DNA from: Bacteroidales bacterium
Lineage (GTDB): Bacteria > Bacteroidota > Bacteroidia > Bacteroidales > VadinHA17
DNA: 64,000 nt
Assembly: GCA_021371855.1 (NCBI GenBank)
Contig: JAJFVL010000046.1
Coordinates: 161,979-225,978, forward strand
Direction: 5' to 3'
Both the position numbers and the translations under genes were made by a program. The notes under the pieces were generated by a model. The model was not told the DNA's origin. It saw only the letters and a program-made list of their open reading frames with translations, and searched no databases. Shown one piece after another: positions 56,601 through 64,000 of the stretch (positions are counted from its first letter, which is position 1; every line of letters begins with the position of its first letter).

Positions 56601-58352
56601 ATGGCTGAGAATCTGTCACTTTTTGCTTCAATAAAAGAGAGGTGCAATGAAAAGGCAATTATCGCCAGACAGGTTACATGTGATAACATATTGACCATTT
56701 GGGTCCACAGAGAGCATTTTACAAGTCTTTTACAGTTCCTTAAGAACATAATAGACAAACCTTTCAGAATGCTCTATGATCTGACAGCAGTTGATGAAAG
56801 AAGAAGAGCGAAAAAACAGGAAAATCCTGAAAGCGATTTTACTGTGGTATATCATCTTACCTCTCTCGAAAGAAATGAAGACATCAGGATTAAAATACCC
56901 CTGGCAGGTGATTATCCTTCAATCAGCAGTATTACAGACATCTGGCCTTCAGCCAACTGGTATGAGCGGGAGATTTTCGATATGTTCGGAATTACATTTA
57001 CCGGCCATCCTGACCTTCGTCGTATTCTTATGCCACGATCATGGAAAGGTCATCCCCTTCGAAAAGAATATCCTGCCAGGGCAACTGAATCAGGACCGTT
57101 CGTTCTTGAAGACCAGATGAGGGAAATTGCAGACAGGGATCTTGAATTTCATCCTGAAGAGTGGGGACTGCAGTCGCGTACGGAAGATACAGATTTTATG
57201 TTCCTTAATGTCGGCCCGCAACACCCTGGAACTCACGGCTTGCTGAGACTGGTACTTCAGCTCGACGGAGAAGATATTGTTGAAGTTGTACCCGATATTG
57301 GTTTCCACCACCGTGGCGCCGAAAAAATGGGAGAGAGACAATCATGGCATACTTTTATTCCCTATACCGATCGTATTGATTATCTCGGGGGTGTTATCAA
57401 CAATCTGGCATATGTGCTTTCGGTTGAAAAAATTGCCGGAATAAAGGTACCTGACAGGGCAAATGTGATCCGTGTTATGCTTGCCGAATTATTCCGTATA
57501 GCAAGTCATCTGGTATGGCTGGGGACTTATGCACAGGATCTCGGGCAGATGTCACCGGTATTTTTTGCTTTCAATGACAGGGAAAAGATCTTTGATATAA
57601 CCCAGGCGATCACCGGAGGCAGGATGCATCCCTCCTGGTTCAGGATAGGCGGAGTGGCACACGATCTGCCGAATGGCTGGAACAAACTGATCAGGAGCTT
57701 CGTTGATTATTTTCCTAAAAGGTTAAAAGAATTTGAAAAAACTGTCATCAGGAACAGGATCTTCAAGGCAAGGACAATAGGGATAGGTGCATATACGCAG
57801 GAAGAGGCGGTTGAATGGGGAGTTACCGGACCCGGATTGCGATCCTCCGGAGTTGAATGGGACTACCGCAAAAAAAGGCCATATTCAGGTTATGAAAACT
57901 TTGAATTTGATATCCCGGTCGGGAAAAACGGCGATTGCTTCGACAGATCACTCATCCGTATGGAGGAGATGAGCCAAAGCCTGAGAATAGTACAGCAATG
58001 CATAAATAATATGCCTGAAGGATCGTATAAATCCGGTCATCCATTAACAACCCCGCCATTAAAAGAGAAAACTATGCAGGACATTGAAACCCTGATAACC
58101 CATTTTCTGGGAGAGACATGGGGTCCGGTCATCCCTGCCGGAGAAGCAATGGTTCCTGTAGAAGCGGCTAAGGGCAGCAATGGTTATTATCTGATAAGCG
58201 ACGGCGGGACTTCATCATATCGCTCAAGGATAAGGACCCCGTCGTTTCCGCATGTACAGATGCTGCCACTGATCTCCAGAGGCTACACGATACCCGACCT
58301 GCTGTCAATACTTGGGGCCCTTGATTTTGTGCTTGCAGATCTCGACAGATAA
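56601..58352 (+). CDS. nuoCD: Fused NADH-quinone oxidoreductase subunit C/D
   Basis: 583 aa. The NuoC part carries [14 protein letters not shown]. The NuoD part carries [12 protein letters not shown] and FHHRGAEK. Confidence 0.95.
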   Translation: MAENLSLFASIKERCNEKAIIARQVTCDNILTIWVHREHFTSLLQFLKNIIDKPFRMLYDLTAVDERRRAKKQENPESDFTVVYHLTSLERNEDIRIKIPLAGDYPSISSITDIWPSANWYEREIFDMFGITFTGHPDLRRILMPRSWKGHPLRKEYPARATESGPFVLEDQMREIADRDLEFHPEEWGLQSRTEDTDFMFLNVGPQHPGTHGLLRLVLQLDGEDIVEVVPDIGFHHRGAEKMGERQSWHTFIPYTDRIDYLGGVINNLAYVLSVEKIAGIKVPDRANVIRVMLAELFRIASHLVWLGTYAQDLGQMSPVFFAFNDREKIFDITQAITGGRMHPSWFRIGGVAHDLPNGWNKLIRSFVDYFPKRLKEFEKTVIRNRIFKARTIGIGAYTQEEAVEWGVTGPGLRSSGVEWDYRKKRPYSGYENFEFDIPVGKNGDCFDRSLIRMEEMSQSLRIVQQCINNMPEGSYKSGHPLTTPPLKEKTMQDIETLITHFLGETWGPVIPAGEAMVPVEAAKGSNGYYLISDGGTSSYRSRIRTPSFPHVQMLPLISRGYTIPDLLSILGALDFVLADLDR

Positions 58353-58390
58353 AGAAATATGTATAACCTTTAAATATCAATTGATTATAA

Positions 58391-58855
58391 ATGCTGACCG
58401 ACAAAGAAAAAGATGACATTCATAAGGAGATGAATCAGTATCCTTACCCTGAAGCGACCTGTATCGATGCTTTGAAAGTTGTTCAGTATCATCGTGGATG
58501 GATCTCTGATGATGCGGTGGAGGATATTGCCAATGAGCTGAAAATGACCGTTGATGAGGTTGATAGTGTCGCTACTTTCTATACAAGAATATATCGTAAA
58601 CCTGTGGGAAGGAATATCATTCTTTTATGCGATGGTACAAGCTGTCTGGTAATGGGTTATGAATCGGTCTATGAATATATTTCGAAAAAACTAAACCTGA
58701 AATTCGGAGAGACTACTGATGACAAACGTTTCACCCTTCTGCCGGTCTCATGTCTGGGTGACTGTGATCATTCTCCGGCCCTTATGATAAATGATGACCA
58801 CTATAACAATTTAACTGTTAACAAAATTGATGAAATCCTAGAAAAATATCTGTAG
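58391..58855 (+). CDS. nuoE: NADH-quinone oxidoreductase subunit E
   Basis: 2Fe-2S cysteines in LLCDGTSC ... SCLGDCD. Confidence 0.9.
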   Translation: MLTDKEKDDIHKEMNQYPYPEATCIDALKVVQYHRGWISDDAVEDIANELKMTVDEVDSVATFYTRIYRKPVGRNIILLCDGTSCLVMGYESVYEYISKKLNLKFGETTDDKRFTLLPVSCLGDCDHSPALMINDDHYNNLTVNKIDEILEKYL

Positions 58856-58861
58856 TTGATC

Positions 58862-60136
58862 ATGGAAACACCATTAACACAATATATAAAGCCGGACAGG
58901 CTCCCGCCGGGAATTGAAGATTACAAAAAGGCAGGAGGATATAGTGGTACCATCAAAGCTATTAAAGAGATGAGCCCTTCTGATATTAAAACTCTGGTAA
59001 AATCCTCAGGTTTATCAGGAAGGGGCGGCGCAGGTTTCCCCACAGGAGTGAAATGGGAGCTTGTCCCTGTTGATGCTAATGGCAATGGATATAAATACCT
59101 GGTTGCCAATGCCGATGAAATGGAACCAGGAACATTTAAAGACAGATACCTCCTTGAAGGAAACCCTCATCAGCTTTTAGCAGGAATGATTATTGCCTCC
59201 TATGCAATCGGGGCACAGAAAGCTTACATATTCCTGCGCTGGGCATATAAAAAAGCAGAAGCTATTATCCGTAAAGCAATTGCAGAGGCTTATGATGCAG
59301 GATATCTCGGCAATAATATTCTTGGGACGGGTTATGATCTTGACATTTATATTCACAGCAGCGCTGGCAGGTATATATGCGGTGAAGAGACAGCTCTTTT
59401 AAACTCCCTTGAGGGTAAAAGAGGTATTCCAAGAACGAAACCCCCTTTCCCTGCAATTAGCGGATTATTCGGACAGCCCACTGCTGTGAATAATGTCGAA
59501 ACTCTCTGCTGGATATCTCATATTATTGAAAAGGGAGCTGACTGGTTCAGGAAACTAAGCCTTACCGGCGAAGGAGGAACAAAATTATACGGGGTAAGCG
59601 GACGGGTCAGGAATCCTGGTCTCTGGGAGCTGCCAATGGGCACTACAATGAGGGAGATCATTTATGACCATGCCGGAGGGATGCTCGAGGGTTATAAATT
59701 AAAAGGTGTAATTCCGGGAGGAGTATCGACCGACTTTATGATAGAGTCGCAACTTGATACAAAAATGGATTTTGCCTCAGTCAGGGCAGCCGGCAGCAGG
59801 CTTGGCACCGGGACCATGATCGTGCTCGACGATAAAACGTGTCCGGTTGCTTTCATCCATAGTATGATAAAATTTTTTGCACAGGAGAGTTGCGGATGGT
59901 GTACTCCGTGCCGTGAAGGACTACCATGGGTTGAAAAGATCCTGGCCTCTTTCGAAAATGGCACTGCAAAATATGATGATATTGAAATCCTTGAATTTCA
60001 TACACAATATATGGCTCCCGGCAATACTTTTTGCGCACATGCTCCGGGTGCCATGGAACCCTTGCAAAGCGGTCTCAGATATTTCCGGGAAGAGTTTGTA
60101 AGACATATTAATGAGAAACATTGCCCATGGAGGTGA
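58862..60136 (+). CDS. nuoF: NADH-quinone oxidoreductase subunit F
   Basis: GRGGAGFPTG FMN/NADH site and ESCGWCTPCREG N3 cluster. The ATG at 58862 is preferred over the TTG at 58856. Confidence 0.95.
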   Translation: METPLTQYIKPDRLPPGIEDYKKAGGYSGTIKAIKEMSPSDIKTLVKSSGLSGRGGAGFPTGVKWELVPVDANGNGYKYLVANADEMEPGTFKDRYLLEGNPHQLLAGMIIASYAIGAQKAYIFLRWAYKKAEAIIRKAIAEAYDAGYLGNNILGTGYDLDIYIHSSAGRYICGEETALLNSLEGKRGIPRTKPPFPAISGLFGQPTAVNNVETLCWISHIIEKGADWFRKLSLTGEGGTKLYGVSGRVRNPGLWELPMGTTMREIIYDHAGGMLEGYKLKGVIPGGVSTDFMIESQLDTKMDFASVRAAGSRLGTGTMIVLDDKTCPVAFIHSMIKFFAQESCGWCTPCREGLPWVEKILASFENGTAKYDDIEILEFHTQYMAPGNTFCAHAPGAMEPLQSGLRYFREEFVRHINEKHCPWR

Positions 60137-60138
60137 TT

Positions 60139-62499
60139 ATGGTAAAAATTCAGATAGACGGAACATTTTATGAGGTAAATCCGGACAAAAACCTTCTCCA
60201 TACATGCCTTGCCCTGGGTTTCGATATACCATATTTTTGCTTTCATCCTGCGCTGGGTTCAGTCGGAGCATGCAGGATGTGCGCAGTAAAAAAATTTGCC
60301 AATGCTGACGATAAAAAGGGAAGAATTGTAATGTCATGCATGGAACCTGTCACCGATGGCCTCATTATTTCAACCAGTGATCCTGATATTAAAGTCTTCA
60401 GAGCTGCCGTGATTGAAAGTCTTATGACTAATCATCCTCATGATTGCCCTATTTGCGACGAAGGCGGGGAATGTCATCTGCAGGACATGACCGTGATGTC
60501 GGGTCACAACTACAGACGTTTTGTTTTCAAAAAACGGACTTATAGTAATCAATACCTGGGACCATTCATTCATCACGAAATGAATCGTTGCATACAATGC
60601 TACAGGTGCGTGAGATTCTACAGGGATTATGCTGGCGGAAGAGATCTGGCTGTATCAGGTTCCGCTAACCATGTTTATTTTGGCAGACAAACAGAAGGAG
60701 CTCTTGAAAGTGAATTCAGCGGAAACCTTATTGAGGTTTGCCCCACAGGGGTTTTTACCGATAAAACCCTTAAAGAGCATTATACCCGTAAATGGGATAT
60801 GACCTATGCACCATCAATTTGTATTCAATGCAGCGCCGGATGCAATATAACTGTTGGTGAAAGATATGGTTCGGTCAGACGTATCTTAAGCAGGTATAAC
60901 GGAGCTGTAAACGGATATTTCCTGTGCGACAGAGGAAGATTCGGCTATTTGTCAACGAATAGTCCCGAAAGAATAAAAGGAATCATGGTCAGGGATCCCC
61001 AGGAAAACATTCAGAAAGAGATATCCCGTGATGGTTATCTTTCTGTAATTAACTCTGCAATTATAGGTAAAAAAATCGCAGGGATCGGCTCACCCGTGGC
61101 ATCACTCGAGGCAAATTTTGCACTGGAAGCGATGGTTGGCAGGGAAAATTTTTATCATGGGATCGACGGTGAAAAGTTCGATCTTGAAAGAACCGCCATT
61201 CAAATTCTTAAAAACAGCTCTGTGCATTCGCCGTCCCTTAAAGAGATTGAAAGATCTGATGCTGTGCTTATACTCGGAGAAGATCCGGCAATAAGCGCGC
61301 CGATGATAGCCCTGGCAGTAAGACAGGCATCGAGGAACAGATCAATCAGAATGGCTGCAAAATCAGGCATACCTTCATGGAACGATGCAGCAGTGCGGGA
61401 GTTGGCTCAGAAAATAAAAAGTCCCGTTTTTATCGCTACCCCCTTAACCACCAGCCTTGATGACCTTGCTGAGTTGAGATATAATTCCCCAACAAGCGAT
61501 ATCGCCCGGCTTGGATCAGTAATTTCATCAATAATTGATAAAATTGAACCGTTATCAGCCGGATCTGATAAATCCCTGAATGATATCGCACAAAGAATAG
61601 CCGGTGTATTGATGGATGCAGAAAATCCGGTTATTATTACCGGACTGCAACACAATGACAAAAAAGTCCTTCAGGCAGCTGCAAATATTACAGCAGCTCT
61701 TCATCATAACGGGAAAAAGCCTTCCATTTCAATTATCTTCCCTGAATGCAATAGTCTTGGGCTGGCACTTATGGAAGGAGGATCACTTGACAATCTGTTT
61801 GAGGTAATCCTTCAAGGGGATGTAGAGACGTTAATTATCCTGGAGAACGATCTCTATAAAAGGGCTGATAAAAAAAAGGTTGATTCAATTTTCAAAAAGT
61901 GCAAAAATGTTATAGTTCTTGATTCTCTGCTGAATGAAACCTCAAAACAGGCCGACATACTATTACCTTCCGGGACATTTGCAGAATCTACAGGAACTAT
62001 TGTCAGCAGTGAGGGGCGGGGACAACGCTATTATCGTGTGTTGCCAGTCAACGGTCATATTAAGGACAGCTGGAAGCATATTTCGGAAATGATTGAGATT
62101 ACCGGGATTAGCAAAGACCTGCATTGGGAACATTTTGACGATATAGTTGCATCATTTACTGATTCATATCCTTTCTTTTCAAAGATCAGGGAAATCATTC
62201 CCGGTTCGGAATTCAGATTCTTCAACGAAAAGATAGCAAGACAGACAATAAGGTTCAGCGGTAGAACTGCAATGAATGCCAATGACTCAGTGAGTGAACC
62301 AAAACCTCCCGGGGATGATGATTCCCCTTTGAGTTTCAGCATGGAAGGATATAAGGGAGTGCCTCCCTCCGACCTGGTATCCTACTACTGGTCACCAGGA
62401 TGGAATTCCGTTCAGGCAACAAATAAATATATGGATGAACCCTACGGATCTGCCAAAGGTGGTAATCCTGGCGTGCTTCTTTTTGATCATAAAACATAG
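60139..62499 (+). CDS. nuoG: NADH-quinone oxidoreductase subunit G
   Basis: N-terminal 2Fe-2S (CFHPALGSVGACRMC), HDCPICDEGGECHLQ, RCIQCYRCVRF and a molybdopterin-like C-terminal domain. The start MVKIQIDG lies 2 nt after the nuoF stop. Confidence 0.9.
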   Translation: MVKIQIDGTFYEVNPDKNLLHTCLALGFDIPYFCFHPALGSVGACRMCAVKKFANADDKKGRIVMSCMEPVTDGLIISTSDPDIKVFRAAVIESLMTNHPHDCPICDEGGECHLQDMTVMSGHNYRRFVFKKRTYSNQYLGPFIHHEMNRCIQCYRCVRFYRDYAGGRDLAVSGSANHVYFGRQTEGALESEFSGNLIEVCPTGVFTDKTLKEHYTRKWDMTYAPSICIQCSAGCNITVGERYGSVRRILSRYNGAVNGYFLCDRGRFGYLSTNSPERIKGIMVRDPQENIQKEISRDGYLSVINSAIIGKKIAGIGSPVASLEANFALEAMVGRENFYHGIDGEKFDLERTAIQILKNSSVHSPSLKEIERSDAVLILGEDPAISAPMIALAVRQASRNRSIRMAAKSGIPSWNDAAVRELAQKIKSPVFIATPLTTSLDDLAELRYNSPTSDIARLGSVISSIIDKIEPLSAGSDKSLNDIAQRIAGVLMDAENPVIITGLQHNDKKVLQAAANITAALHHNGKKPSISIIFPECNSLGLALMEGGSLDNLFEVILQGDVETLIILENDLYKRADKKKVDSIFKKCKNVIVLDSLLNETSKQADILLPSGTFAESTGTIVSSEGRGQRYYRVLPVNGHIKDSWKHISEMIEITGISKDLHWEHFDDIVASFTDSYPFFSKIREIIPGSEFRFFNEKIARQTIRFSGRTAMNANDSVSEPKPPGDDDSPLSFSMEGYKGVPPSDLVSYYWSPGWNSVQATNKYMDEPYGSAKGGNPGVLLFDHKT

Positions 62500-62514
62500 T
62501 GATTTGATTAAATA

Positions 62515-63465
62515 ATGAAATACGTTTTTATAATAGCCGGGGTTTTATTAATACCCCTGACAATCGCAGCAGGTCTGATCTGGGTGGAGCGCAGACTGCT
62601 TGCCCTCTTTCAGGACAGGTACGGGCCCAACCGTGTTGGTCCGTTTGGCCTGATCCAGGTACTGGCCGATGTTGTCAAGATCTTCTTCAAGGAAGACTGG
62701 ATACCTCCTTTTGCTGACAAAGCTGTATTTGTAATGGCTCCCGGGATTTTAATCGCCACGATCCTTCTCACATTTGCAGTTATCCCTTTTACTGACAACT
62801 TTCTTGTCCTCGATTCGAACATAGGAATCCTATTTTTCCTGGGAAACTCTTCACTTGGGGTGTACAGCATTGTGCTCGGAGGATGGGCATCAAACAGTAA
62901 ATACTCCCTTCTCGGATCTATACGGGCATCCGCACAGATGCTTACATATGAAGTATTTATGGGATTGTCACTGGTTGGTGTGGTAATGATGGCCGACAGT
63001 TTCAGTCTGCGTGAAATAGTTGAAGCTCAACAAGGAGGCTGGTTCTTTATTCCTCAGTTTGTAGCATTTTTAGTATTCTTTATTGCAGGTATTGCAGAAA
63101 CTCACAGGACTCCTTTCGATATTCCCGAAGCTGAAGGAGAGCTCGTGGCAGGATATCACTCTGAATATTCCGGGATGAAATTCGGAATGTTCTTCGTCGG
63201 AGAATATCTTGGAGTTACACTCATATCGTCCCTTATAGTTACTTTATTTTTCGGAGGATGGCTCGGCCCTGCATTTCTTCCTCCTGCATTCTGGTTCTTC
63301 CTGAAAACAGGATTTTTTATCTGCCTGTTCATCCTGATCCGCGCATCGCTTCCGCGACCACGGTACGACCAACTCATGGAACTTGGCTGGAAGGTGCTGT
63401 TGCCGATAGTGCTTCTTAATATCTTAATAACCGGTGCGATTCTTATCTATAACAGCTCACTCTAA
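62515..63465 (+). CDS. nuoH: NADH-quinone oxidoreductase subunit H
   Basis: [51 protein letters not shown]. Confidence 0.95.
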   Translation: MKYVFIIAGVLLIPLTIAAGLIWVERRLLALFQDRYGPNRVGPFGLIQVLADVVKIFFKEDWIPPFADKAVFVMAPGILIATILLTFAVIPFTDNFLVLDSNIGILFFLGNSSLGVYSIVLGGWASNSKYSLLGSIRASAQMLTYEVFMGLSLVGVVMMADSFSLREIVEAQQGGWFFIPQFVAFLVFFIAGIAETHRTPFDIPEAEGELVAGYHSEYSGMKFGMFFVGEYLGVTLISSLIVTLFFGGWLGPAFLPPAFWFFLKTGFFICLFILIRASLPRPRYDQLMELGWKVLLPIVLLNILITGAILIYNSSL

Positions 63466-63510
63466 TATAATAAAACAGGCAGCAATGAATTACAAATCAG
63501 CATACCAATA

Positions 63511-64000
63511 ATGATAAGCATCTTAAGAAGCATATGGTTCACATTTCTGCATGCATTCCATAAACGTGAAACTCAGGGATATCCCGAGAAAAAGCCTTAT
63601 CTGCCGCCCCGTTACCGTGGCAGAATCATCTTGTCACGCGATCCCGATGGAAAGGAGAGATGTGTTGCATGCAACCTGTGCGCTGCAGCCTGCCCTGTTG
63701 ACTGCATTGCCCTTCAGGCAGCAAATGACTATAACGAAAGACGCTATCCCTTGTTTTTCAGGATAAATTTTTCAAGATGCATTTTCTGTGGCTTTTGTGA
63801 AGAAGCCTGTCCTACATATGCTATACAGTTAATCCCCGATTTTGAAATGGGAGAATACGACAGACAGAATATGGTTTATGAAAAAGAAAATCTGCTTATA
63901 AGCGGTGAAGGGAAATATCACGGTTATAACTTTTATAAAGTTGCAGGTGTTGATATGGGTGTTAAAGGAATTGGCAAAGGTGAAAATGAAGAGCCACCTG
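63511..64000 (+). CDS. nuoI: NADH-quinone oxidoreductase subunit I (3' partial, runs off the window)
   Basis: Not in the ORF track because it has no stop. My translation from ATG 63511 gives [12 protein letters not shown]...[16 protein letters not shown]...[16 protein letters not shown], two 4Fe-4S ferredoxin motifs. Confidence 0.9.
   Translation, partial: MISILRSIWFTFLHAFHKRETQGYPEKKPYLPPRYRGRIILSRDPDGKERCVACNLCAAACPVDCIALQAANDYNERRYPLFFRINFSRCIFCGFCEEACPTYAIQLIPDFEMGEYDRQNMVYEKENLLISGEGKYHGYNFYKVAGVDMGVKGIGKGENEEPP

Overview
This is a low-GC, Bacteroidota-type chromosomal window. The signs are T9SS C-terminal sorting domains, an S46 dipeptidyl-peptidase, a long-tailed S16, recurrent TAnnTTTG -7 boxes and little Shine-Dalgarno signal. 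It is densely coding and mostly housekeeping.

Gene content from left to right:
- A cation-homeostasis block: NhaD, TrkH, TrkA and an OmpR/HK pair.
- A NifU-like / GGGtGRT / C_GCAxxG_C_C trio of unknown function.
- A membrane pyrophosphatase.
- Core genes: GT2, TsaC, RimM, RpsP, DnaE, TrxA, LOG.
- An exported TPR-caspase gene followed by a beta-propeller/PP2C sensor gene.
- More core genes: RibD, PrmC, RecX, and PrfB with its programmed +1 frameshift, which the ORF track splits.
- MORN and VanZ genes.
- A collagen/C1q-like surface protein with a T9SS partner.
- RNase HII, S46 peptidase, MarC, RNase HI, DUF1987 and a ProX-like gene.
- A loose set of exported glycan and peptidase genes.
- Fba.
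- An AT-rich gap with two tiny membrane ORFs.
- An FNR-like / YceI / porin / YceI block.
- The first nine subunits of a complex I operon: nuoA, B, fused CD, E, F, G, H, and a partial I.

I found no tRNA, rRNA, CRISPR array, transposase, integrase, reverse transcriptase or recognisable defence genes, so there is no clear-cut novel system here.

The items most worth a second look are:
- the caspase plus propeller-PP2C pair;
- the GGGtGRT trio;
- the collagen/C1q-like protein;
- two small structured repeat elements: a triple hairpin flanked by a 94-bp duplication of the recX 3' end, and a 4+4 inverted CACAGAG array with 10-bp phasing;
- a decayed response-regulator fragment at the window edge that duplicates part of the intact regulator 4.2 kb away.

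All family assignments come from motif recognition by eye, not from database searches.
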